Made by a program: the position numbers and the translations under genes
Source of the DNA: Lama glama
Lineage: Eukaryota
Reading direction: 5' to 3'
DNA: 64,000 nt
NCBI GenBank assembly: GCA_028534125.1
Contig: CM052816.1
Span: forward strand, 85,252,001 to 85,316,000
Shown: positions 13,191 to 24,220 of the stretch, in pieces
How the letters are laid out: each line of letters opens with the position of its first letter
Position numbering within the stretch: position 1 is the stretch's first letter
The notes under the pieces: model-generated
Databases searched by the model: none
Seen by the model: the letters and a program-made list of their open reading frames with translations, nothing else
What the model was told of the DNA's origin: nothing

Positions 13191-13615
13191 TGTTATGGAA
13201 TGAATGTTTGGGTTGCCACAAAATTCTTCATTGAAGCTCTAACTCCTAATGTGACTAGATTTGAAGAGAAGGACTTTACAAAAGTAATTAAGTGTTAATT
13301 AAGTCATAAAGATAAGACCTTTATCAGACCTTCTACCTTCTAAGAGACACCAGAGCACACTGTCTCTCCTCTCCCCTTCTCTTTCTTCCTCTCTCTCTCT
13401 CCCCTTCATGCATGTACACACAGACGAAGGGCTTTCTGAGAACATAGAAAGAAGGTGCCCATCTACAAGTCTAACGAGAGCTCTCAGGTGGAACTAAATC
13501 AGTCAGCACCTTGATCTTGAACTTTCCAGCCTCCAAAATTGTAAGAAATTAATTTTTTATTTAAGCCATCCAGCCTGTGGCAATTTTGTTACAGCAACCT
13601 TCGTAGACTAATACA
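13191..13615 (+). mobile_element. MLT1A solo LTR with perfect 5-bp TSD
   Basis: tgttatggaatgaatgttt...agactaataca, flanked by CCCCA at 13186-13190 and 13616-13620. Confidence 0.92.
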
Positions 13616-13671
13616 CCCCATAATAAAACATGTTTTTGCACTGGTTCATGATGAATATTAAAACCAGTGGA

Positions 13672-14360
13672 CTCAGTGCAGCCATTACAGAAAACAGTAT
13701 GGAGATTCCTCAAAAAACTAAAAATAGACTTACTATATGATCCAGCAATCCCACTCCTATGCATATATTTGGAAGGAGCTCTAGTTCAAAATATACATGC
13801 ACCCCAATGTTCATAGCGGCAATATTTACAATAGCCAAGACATGGAAACAGCCTAAATGTCCATTGACAGATGACTGGATAAAGAATATGTGGTGTATTT
13901 ATATAATGGAATACTATTCAGCCATAAAAGATAATAAAATAATACCATTTGCAGCAACATGGATGGACCATTCTAAGTGAAGTAAGCCAGACGTAGAAAA
14001 ACACCATATAATATCACTCATATCTGAAATCTGAAAAAAGAAGACACTAATGAACTTATCTACAAAACAGAAACAGACGCACAGACATAGTAATGATCTT
14101 ATGGTTACCAGGGGAAAGGAGGTAGGAAGGGATAAATTGAATGTTCAAGATTTGCAGATGTTAACTACTATATATAAAATAGATAAACAACAAGTTTCTT
14201 CTGTATAGCACAGGGAACTATATTCAATATCTTGTAGTGACCTATAATGAAAAAGAGTATGAAAACGAATATATGTATGTATATGTATGACTGAAACATT
14301 ATGCTGTACACCAGAAGTTGCAACATTGTAAACTGACTATACTTCAAAAAAGAAAAAATG
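13672..14360 (+). mobile_element. Young 5'-truncated L1 (ORF2 C-terminus, 3' UTR, A-tail), camelid/artiodactyl type
   Basis: ORF track peptide CTPMFIAAIFTIAKTWKQPKCP..DDWIK..W.IY.MEYYSAIK is the L1 ORF2 C-terminus. TSD aaaaccaRtgga at 13660-13671 and 14362-14373, at a TT/AAAA endonuclease site. Confidence 0.95.
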
Positions 14361-14559
14361 TAAAACCAATGGAATAGTATAGAAATCCAGAAACAGAACC
14401 AATCTATTATGAAGAATTATTATATATTAAGAAGAATATCTCAAATCAGTGGAGTTAAGAAAACTTCATAAAAGATACTGGTGATGTAGAGAGTCATTTG
14501 AAATAAGATAAAATTAGATCCACACCACAACATACACCAGAATACGTTCAAATGAAACC

Positions 14560-14622
14560 AAATGTATAAATGTATAAATGTATAAATAAATAAATAAATA
14601 AATAAACAAACAAACAAACAAA
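14560..14622. repeat. Compound simple repeat (aaatgtat)3-(AAAT)n-(AAAC)n
   Basis: Direct. Confidence 0.85.
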
Positions 14623-14936
14623 CTCTAAGTAGAGGTTTAAGAATGGAGATAAATAAGCATTAAGAAAAAATCTGGGTGAATATTTTGTAAAAAATAATTT
14701 TATGTGAAGCATTTTTAAAGTTTATTTATGTTTGGACATACATTATTTATGTTGTATTTGAAATATATATTTTTGGATATAGGGTTCATGGATCAAACTC
14801 ATTTTCCATCAAGTTTCTGACATTGTTACCTGTTAACTTCTAGATTTCAGAATTATAGAATACCCCAAACCCATACTGGGATAGAAATTAAGCAGCTGGC
14901 CTGATATCCACATCTCTCCAAATTACAAAAGAATGC

Positions 14937-15428
14937 TGTTGGGAAAGAAGTTGTCCTCAGAAAGAAGAATGGTATCTTGTAAATATACTTATATCTTGAT
15001 CTCCTGGAAAATAAGCTTCTGATATTTGCTAGGAAGAGACTACTCCCTCTGGGTTAGTCTTAGCAGAATGGCCATGCTTTAGGATTGCTTGTGGTAAACA
15101 AACCTAGACTCTATGGATTTATGAAGCATGACTCCTTGGAAAATGTCACACAGGCCCTGAAATCATATGGGTATAAAACAAAGGTGCTTCACAATTTAAA
15201 CTCTCTTTGTTGGGTTAAGTGGCCCACAAATTACACTTAAGTGACCTCATCCATTACACTGGGCCAGAGGGAACATGTCCAGTGTGAGACTAGAGGACCA
15301 GGGAGCTATGCAAAAGTGCCAGAGCTCTTCCACCTTTGCCTTTGCTTTTTGCATGATTGAATCTTCCAGATTATTAGTAGAATTTAATGCTGGGTAATGT
15401 CTCTGATATGTGTGAGTCAGCTTTGACA
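14937..15428 (+). mobile_element. Old ERV-L class LTR, putative 5' LTR
   Basis: Starts tgttgggaaagaa (same 13 nt as the LTR at 57691), has TATA-like gggtataaaa at ~15170, ends ..ctttgaca, and lies directly upstream of the ERV internal sequence. Confidence 0.5.
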
Positions 15429-15429
15429 A

Positions 15430-18400
15430 TTCAATTTTTGTGTTAGCTTTCAATGGCATTGTGAACACGATTACTTTACAGACTCATAAATCATAATGGC
15501 TAGAACACTTTTTAGAAGATAAGGGTGGGGATGGAAAAATGCGATGACGCTCTGATGATAGAATTTCTATCTATGCATCCTTTCTGTGAGGGAAATGATG
15601 GGATAAATTCATGTGGGAAATCTGATCAGTGGAATTTGGCAAAAAAGTTCCAGTGGAACTGACTAAATACATTGTTAGGCGTTATAAGACTGAAGGAAAT
15701 ACAGCAACATTTCTATTCCTCACTTTTTACCAAGAGCTCTGGTCCAGTCTAAAAATATAAAACAAGAGTAAATGAAAGAGGGAGAAAAATCTGCATATAG
15801 GACTAATTTGTCCTGTCACTGGAAAGCCTTCTTAAGCATTTGACTTAAGCAGCCTCACAGCTGTGGGGAAGCATTGATAATCCCTTACCAAGTAACTCAG
15901 TTAAAGTCATCTATTGTCTGTAAGAATATACAGATATCTGGATGTCAAAGAAAGTATTCTTTAAAATAGTTGGATTGTTCTATAGAACAATACCAGGAGA
16001 AACCTAGAGAATTATATAGGCTTATAGTCTTAGAATTAATATTCAGAAAGCACATTAACTAATTTTTGATTCTACTGAATGGAATGAATCATTTGAGTTA
16101 ATGTTGATGGATCCTCAACGGATTGCAAACCTTTTTTAGTAGGAGCTTCCAAACATATGCTAGTTAATCGGCAGCAGTGGGTAAACACAACTATTGGGTA
16201 CATCCACCCTGAGAGGAGAAATCACCCAATCCTTCTCAATACACAAATAGAATCCTTCCTAAGTGGTGGAAATGTTAGCAGTATAAGTGACCTTACACTG
16301 CTTTTATAATGATCATAGATAAAAGCTTAATTTAATGTCATTGACAGGGATGTTGATTGATGCAGTGATAGGGTGGGCTTCTTGATCTTGGATGTTTGTA
16401 TAAACTTGCTCCTGGGAACCTAGGGGCAGGCAGAATCTTAATTGGCTCAGTCCTGTATAGAGGGACTGCATAACAAGGGAAAAAATACACACCTTACGAA
16501 AGAAAGGGAGCAAGAAGAGACCTGAAAAAGGCAGGTAAGGAAGTGATACCCAGATCAGCTGGGTAGTCTTCTTTACTTGGCTTATAAAAATGGAGTGATA
16601 AAAATAAATATATGGAGTTTTTATAATAAGACTTTGACAATTTATTATCAAAGTTTGATTGGTGAAAGGATCAGCTCCAGTCCCACTTCCCACTCCTTAA
16701 ACACCTTGGCAGATTCACTCTCCATATCCTACTCTGAAAGAATTCAAATCCAATTATGAGGATCATTATTCATAACAGATGACCCTCAAACAAAGTGCTG
16801 AATTTATTGCTTCAATTAAAGCCATATAATCTGAAAAAAGACTGAATGAATGGCCAAGATTTAACCATACTGCTGAGAGTGAAATGAAGGTGGAAAATTA
16901 GGCTGGATTCAACAGTCTGGGGAAAACGGCCTTTGACTAGTAAACAAGAGAGGGAGCAACATATCAAAGCCCACTTATAAATTGGATTATATTGAAGAAT
17001 ATACTAAAGGGAGCAGAATTCAAGGGGATTGTTGACTGCCCAAATTGTCAAGGATAGACCCTCCCAAAGACCTTTTGCTCCCATCACTCTCTGATCCAAG
17101 CCTTATGGTTCAGTTCCAGTCAAGTCAAAGATGAACACCAGATTCACTGATGAGATTTCTGGATTGAGGAATACTTCACTGTTTGGAAATCAGCAGCAAT
17201 ATACCTTGGAGATGGTACAACCTTGGTGAAGGAGGGCAAGGCCAAGTTTTTACAGCAATCAGAGTTAAAAAGCATTTTTTTTTTTGTAAGCAGTAGAAGA
17301 AGCACCATTCTTAGTGCATTATTGAATATTCATAGAATCTTAGGATAAAGACAAGCACACTTATGTATAATTGGGTAAATAGGCTCTGAATGAGAGGAAA
17401 TCTTTGGGGAAAATTAAAGCAGTAAAGTGGTTAATGTAGATGATCACCAATAAAACGTAGTTGCAGACTCAGAAAGGATTGCCTTTGGTCAACTCAAATC
17501 AGATGCCTTGGTCATATCCGAAAAAAAAAAATAGCTGCCTTTTTCTAGGTTTGTGAGAAATTAGACTTTGAATTTGTGGACTAAAAGATGACACAAACAC
17601 ACGGACCAATTCACCGAACTATGAGGCTGTTGGTCCATCCAAGGAGCTCCACGTTTTAGAAAAGACTTCCCCTTCTCTTTTGTTTTCCTGATCTAGTGAT
17701 CCTAGGCTTGTGATTAAATAAGCATTCCCTCAAAAGTTGATGTCTCAACTATCATATCAATGATACTATTTTTGTCATTACTTTTGACAGTATGCATTCC
17801 AGAGATAGGTTAGGTTAGGACATAAATTTACCTCACCTAGCTTCATTAGGGTGGACTGTGGATCCTTTCATCACCAAGTGCCAGTGGCAGTTCCATGATT
17901 CTTGATTTGCCAAAAACCATGTTATGTGCCTGGTATAAGGGGCCAAACATGATTTCTACTGAAAGTACTGTTACTATTAGCTGTGTAGTAAATCGTACAT
18001 CTGCTGAACTGGGAAGTCTGACTGAGGGTGAAGTTAAAAGGGATATAGTCAAAATTACCCTGTTTGTAGGGGAAATTATTGCTTCCCATTGAGAGGTTCA
18101 CATTCTAGTGATCTTTTGATTGTTAATTGACTATAACTTTGTAAAAGATTTTGGAGAAAATTTTGTAAAACAACAGAAACCTGAAAAATACATGGCAAGG
18201 GGTATTGGACTGAAAGGGATAGAGAAAGGAAAGAGTTAAAGCAGCTAGATGGTGATTCATCTCTCCTGAGTACTGGGGGGATGTTTCTGGAAAAAGAGGC
18301 AGGTGACTGGGTCTAATCATCTTGTAAACGTGTTAATTAAAACGCCTCCTTAGATATGACTGATGTTGTCTAAAAGGAAGGAGAGGCCTCATCTATGGCA

Positions 18401-18650
18401 ACTCTTAGCCAGATATCCATGGCTTAGGATTTCTTAAGGTAAACAAAGTTAAAATCCAAGGATTTAGGTAAACATAGCTCTTGAAAATATTATACAAAAT
18501 CTTCAGCAATCTTGGTATTATACAGAGATGTTGGATATCTTAAATGGTACCCATTGTGTGAGGGGACATACAAGCTTCAGAGTTCTTTCTCTCTTGGGCA
18601 GAGAAAGTGTGTCCAATACAAGAACAAGAGGAATGCAGCATGTCCCTAAA
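15430..18650 (+). mobile_element. Decayed class III ERV internal region (HERVL18/40/74-like): gag and integrase remnants
   Basis: 16150-16750 resembles class III gag. An integrase Zn-finger CxxC (tgcccaaattgt, CPNC) lies at 17037-17048, followed by IN core-like sequence. Many stops and frameshifts. Confidence 0.6.
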
Positions 18651-18699
18651 TCTCCCAGCTGTATCTGAGCCTCTTCATTTGCTTGCTTCCTTCATGTTA

Positions 18700-19500
18700 T
18701 TTGTAAAGCTTGATCCTGGGTAAGATCTCTGATTTGTATGCATCTGATTTGACAATCTGATCCTCTGTGTTCACTCACATACTTACATCTGTTTCTTCCT
18801 TTTTATAAACTATTTCCTCTTCCATATGCAGATAGGACTTTTCTTTGTCTTTGAAATTTACAACCAGATTTTAAAAATGTTGGGGGTCACGTTTTATTCA
18901 TACTGCCTTGCTTTTGTGTGGGCCTTTTTGCTTTAAAAAATCCACTTCATAAATGCTCTTTTTAAATAGTTATTTTGATTCTTGCAATCTTTTATTTCCT
19001 TCTAAGTTCCTATTACACAATGTGAGATTTCCTGTATCTTTATTCTTCCTTGCTTTTTGGCTCTAGGTTTATTCTTCCTTACTTTTCTTATTTCACCTGA
19101 TTTCAAAATACCTCCCCTTCAAAAAAAAATACCTTGACAATATTTGCAGCTTCACCATTTTACTTTGCTGCATGGCTAAACGGATTATTTGCCATCACTA
19201 ATATGTATTTAATGCACTAGTCATATTTTTAACTCTTGTGATACTTCCTGATTTAAATTTTTCTTTCTATAAGTAGTTCTTTTAATTTTTTGATAATAAA
19301 ATTGTAAAACATTCCTAAACATCCTAATTTTTGCATTAATTCAATTATTGATTTACTTTCTCAGATTTTATTTTAAAACAAAATATTCATGCATCTGATT
19401 ATATTACTTATTTTCCTATTTATTTTCTCAAGGGAAATTCTCTGCTTGATCAGTAGTTATAATTGAGATAAAATTTTTTTAGTGATTTGATTGTTGTACA
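18700..19500 (-). mobile_element. Ancient L1 fragment
   Basis: T-rich, resembles the antisense L1 ORF1/5' region. Confidence 0.4.
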
Positions 19501-19704
19501 AATTGTTCAGGACTAGGTGCATACAGAATATGTTGAAATAAATATAAGGTAGTTTAATTTTGCCAATTCAAAAAACCAGCTAAGAGGAATAAATAGAGAA
19601 CTCTTCAGGAACATTTGCTGTAGAACTATTGCTTTTATGATAAGAACTATTTAAAATTTTGTGTAGCTGTTAGCAGTTAACTGGTACTATTTTCTTTTAC
19701 TTAC

Positions 19705-19824
19705 CCATTTCGTATGGTAAAGATGAGACACGGTATTCTTGACCAGTATAGCATCGAATATCAGGGCACTACCCACGTGTACGCTGTAGCTGGATAGCTG
19801 ACAATGGTTTCTACCATTCACTCC
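19705..19824 (-). other. Candidate 120-nt internal exon (unassigned)
   Basis: Minus strand: cactaac..ttctaaag|GGAGTG...AAATGG|gtaagt. One open frame, GVNGRNHCQLSSYSVHVGSALIFDAILVKNTVSHLYHTKW; CpGs retained. Confidence 0.35.
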
Positions 19825-20279
19825 CTTTAGAACATGGTTAGTGTAGTCTCTACTTTCTTCTATGTACTTCTAAGAAGGCATCTGAGAATAATTTCAGATC
19901 AGTTTGGCTCTTCTTTCAGATAGTCTTCGTTGGCAGATAATTTTTTATATGTTGATGGGTGCACTAACCTTTTCCAATATGTACTTCCAGCACATATATG
20001 TATTATAACCCTTATTTTCACATAGAACAGTGCTTTCGATGTTAAACTCAGAATTTATCCAAAATAAGATGCCAATACTCAAGTCCCAAGATGCCTAGAA
20101 GTAGGTTTAGTTGCCTACATGAGTTTCTTTCTATTTTGTAAATTCACATCCTAAGACTGTCATATCATTATCACTGAAAACACAATTGCTTAATAAGGAC
20201 AATGCATTGTGTAAATGACTGTACATGAATTGCCTTGTTTAATTTTCACAAAAGTTTGATAAAATAATATAGTAGAAGA

Positions 20280-20760
20280 TTGGTAGTTACACTCTTAGCA
20301 ACAGAGAACCTCTTTGTCTTCTTTTGGAGACTCCTCCAGTCCCAACCCCCTGCACTTTAGGACATTTAGAATATCTTCTTCCAGGAAAGCTACTTCTCTT
20401 CTAGTTCAAGATATGAAGCCCTTCACCTAAGCTAATCAGAACTGTCCATTTATCTGACAACACTGTATTATTCTGAGGTAAGAATTTTAATTGATTTAGC
20501 CCAATCTTGTAAATTTAGATCATTTTCTGGGAAGATAGAAATTGTCCCAGAAACAGAATGATATGGTGTTTTAAGAGCTAAAATTCATAGAGTAATTTTG
20601 CTATCATAAACAGTATCAGCCTCAGATTGAAGCCAAAACTCGGAGGAACAAAGAATTGAAAAGGAATTGAAAAGGAGGTAGAACTCTGATTGCTTTGTGA
20701 AATTCTGGATCAAAATGAGTTTTGGAAGCTACATTATTGTTTTTTGGGGAAAAAAAAGTT
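20280..20760 (+). mobile_element. Old MaLR LTR (MLT1J/K-like) splitting a MIR (pieces ~20170-20270 and ~20790-20900)
   Basis: cacctaagctaatcaga..gatttagcccaatc..ctcagattgaagccaa; MIR core aataacttgcccaag...ggtggcaaaactg to the right. Confidence 0.55.
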
Positions 20761-23700
20761 GAGTTGTATTTTATATTTGTCATGCAAATAAATACACTAT
20801 TAGAGAAAATGAATAACTTGCCCAAGTGTGCACGCTAACAGGTGGCAAAACTGAATGTTGAATTCATGTTGATTTCTCCATCCAGGTTTCAAATCCTATG
20901 TTAAGTAGAAAATACAGCTCTTGAGAATGAGGCAGAATAAACAGAATTAGACGTGCTTATTTGTATATTATTTAACTTATACTTTAATAAGGTATGTTTG
21001 CACGGGGTAGCTTACTGATGTATCCATTTCACTGATTACACCTTACTCAATTACTTTAGGAGTTCCAAGAATTCCCTTACATATGCTTATAAAAAGTCTA
21101 CTCAGCTACCTGGTTTTCTGACATGGTGTCTTTCCTCTGATGCTGTTTAATGATTCCTGACCCATATTCTGCCATTGTGTGCCAATAAGTTTGGGAATTA
21201 TTATCATTTATCCTGGATATCTTTGATGATTTTCCTGGTTTCTCTGCCAGCCCATTTGGTGCTCTATGATACCAGTATGGGAAAATGTCCATTTTACCCA
21301 TAAAAGAGGGCTGCTTGGAATCTCATATCTTTTAAATATCTTAGGTAAATGCAACACCCCTTAAAATTATGAGAGATAGACTCAATTTCGTTTATGCATA
21401 CAATCTGTGATGGCATGTTTCCTACCTAATCCCGTTTTAACTTAAAATGCCAAACATTTCTCTTATTCTTCTTTCAACAAATTCTCACATAAACTGACTC
21501 CTTATGTACCCATCAGAAAATCTGTCAGAGCTGTGGACACAAGAGTGGTCAATTTTGGATCCCTTGCTTCAGTTGCATAATAAAAGGACAAAAAATACAT
21601 ATATAAAGCAAACTATACAGTAAGCAAAGCGATGCTTTGTAGATAAAAATTAAGTAGATAAAAATATGTTTTAGAGAAACTTTTGACCTTAGCAATTCCC
21701 TAGGATTTCATGAATTCATTTAATGGTAAAGAATCATGGTATACATTAATGTGATAAGGGCTAAGAATAAGGCTACAGTCTTTCAAAAATTACATTTTGT
21801 AGCTAAAAGGGGAGTGAACAGTAGACATATTGAACACCTTTATGGTTCTATGCAACATAACCTGTTTTTTATTGTTAACCATTTATGTATCTCCATAGGT
21901 ATAACTATTTCTATCACTGGGCAGTGATATGAATTAGTCTAACTCATTGTTCTAATTTTTGCATTAAAGAATACTAATATGGCTTATGTAATTTGTAATT
22001 GTGAGTCTTAGTATCCTCAATTATTGATTTTTATTTACATGGTTATATAACTTCTACACTGCCTGCTTTATGTCTAATTTTGGAAGATAAAATACAATAA
22101 ATTCATGTGAAAATGCTTTTTAGATCACAGAGTGCTGCATTGGTAGATGATTTGTTTCAAAATACTAAAATAGAACAGATTGGAGATCTCTTTGCCAAAA
22201 GGACCTACTGAAGAATTTGGGGTATGTTGGCAAAGATTTATTATTGTTAATTTCATATTTGCATGAAATTGTCATCAGTTCCATGGTGTGATGTGAACAG
22301 GACTTGAGCAAAAGAGATCGAGGCATGGAGCATTCTCCAGAAATACTTTTATGGTTATAGGTTAAACTAACTCTTTGATCCAATAGTAATATAAGAAATA
22401 TTTGGAAATATTTTATTGGTCAAAACATACTCAATTATAATTAAATGTAATTTTTACACATTTATTTTGTCAGGTTTATTATTATATTTATATGTTCATA
22501 AAATATATGTTGTTTCACATTTATTAATTCATTTAGTCAATAACTATAAGAACAACACAAAGCAACTAGAAGTATAGATCAGAACTGGCAAAGCACAGGC
22601 ACAGTTCTTTGTGCTTGGACTCAGTGTACAATAGCTATAAAGTTTCTCTTCTCACACAATTTACCTTTTCCATCCATTGAAAGACATTTCCATGATTTCC
22701 CAATGATACATTATTTTCAGTGGCACCAAGATCCCTGTTACCAATGCCAATATTGTTTTTATAAGCAGGAGATTAGCTTTTCTAAGTAACAAATTATTTC
22801 ACCTTGAGAGACACGTGGGTTCAAAACCCAATCCCAAAATGGATTTCCGAGGATCAAGGTTGTATAATGGGAATTTTGTCAAAATTAGCCTTCAGCTAAT
22901 TTTATCAAAAGAAAATCCTGGCAGAAGCAATGTTCATATTTCTGTAACTCTTGCTGGTTATTCCTACTGGCTGCATCAGTTTTCTGCTTGAATAAAGTTA
23001 AACATATTCCAAGCTTTCTTGGAACCTAGGAAAAACCTAATGAGTGATTTTTTTAATTTGTATTTTATTGGCCCTGTTTGTGAATATCTGATTTCATTGT
23101 ATTACTTGGTAACTATTGTGTATTACAGGAGGATTGGCAGTTTAAATAGAGTTGTGGGAGCCAGATTTCTTCTCAAATATACATGCTTTATTTGTTTTCT
23201 CTTGAATCTTTATACTTTTCAAAATAACAAAATATTTTCAAGAAAATAAATAAAATGATGGTTTCCCTGTATTCTGTTAGTGAGAAAAGTGGTGCAGGAA
23301 AATAATACTTAAAGCACGGGGCTTTTTTCTAGTTCAGAGTTACCCTTGTAGAATCCATGGAACTGTGGAAATGTCTGTTCTTCACATAAGTAAAACAGTA
23401 GAACGTCATTCTCTCGGACTCTGAGCCCAGTCGGGTTTTTATGTCCAGCTCCCAGGGCAGAGGCATGAATAAACAGAGTTGCTTTGGACTCCTGGATTCT
23501 GACTCACATTCTTTCCTTGAATCCAGCTGGCTTCTGTGCTAAGGTTGAACACAACATTGATTAGGTATCCCCAGTTAAATGATTTACACAAAGCTGTGGA
23601 GTTACTGAAAGCAACCAGCACTCCCTAGCAGATGGATAAAGTAGTCTGTCATAAGATGACTGATCTGATTAAGTAGAAAATATGATATATAAAGCATTTG

Positions 23701-23926
23701 ACTTGGGTTAATAGTTAATTATACTTAAAGGTTCACTTTAGGAAATTCTAACAGCACTATGTGATCCTAGAGATAGAAAGACTGCAATTATATATCTGAT
23801 AATTTTTCTTTGTATTCTCACATTATGTGGGGTCTTCATGAATGTTGACAGTAAGGGACACATGATGTGATTACTGTTTTCAGAATTACTGCACCTTGTG
23901 TGTATTATTTTGCTTTCACTTTGTAG

Positions 23927-24220
23927 CTCAAATTTGGGCTGTGCTGCCTGAACAGGTGCAGACTGATGAGCTCTTTAAGCAGCTCTCCACACATTCTGGG
24001 ACTGGTTGAGCACCACTGAATGGATATGGTCCTACCTTGCCAAGAGGAAAATCTCCCCAAACAGGAACAGATGTTAATACGGGCAAAATGTTGTGTTACA
24101 ATAAAATTTTTATTTCAACATTTGTAGGAATTCTTTTATTCCCCAAAATGCTTTAGCATCCCATTTTACGCAAGAATCATTTTGTTGCAGAATTTTTGTC
24201 ATTTCAAGGTAATCAATAAA
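23927..24220 (+). other. Candidate terminal exon (unassigned)
   Basis: Acceptor tattattttgctttcactttgtag. Phase-1 frame xQIWAVLPEQVQTDELFKQLSTHSGTG* (stop ends 24009). AATAAA at 24100 and 24215. Confidence 0.3.

Larger units (their letters stand above)
12960..14720 (+). mobile_element. Old L1 ORF2 remnant, interrupted by two insertions
   Basis: Removing the inserts rejoins a decayed equivalent of L1 ORF2 ..[24 protein letters not shown].. (gacccca|taataaaaca...aaaaccagtgga|atagtatagaaatccagaaa). Confidence 0.65.

Noticed and set aside
21098..21330. Purine-rich minus-strand ORF resembling decayed coding sequence
   Set aside because: No recognisable homology and no adequate acceptor site.
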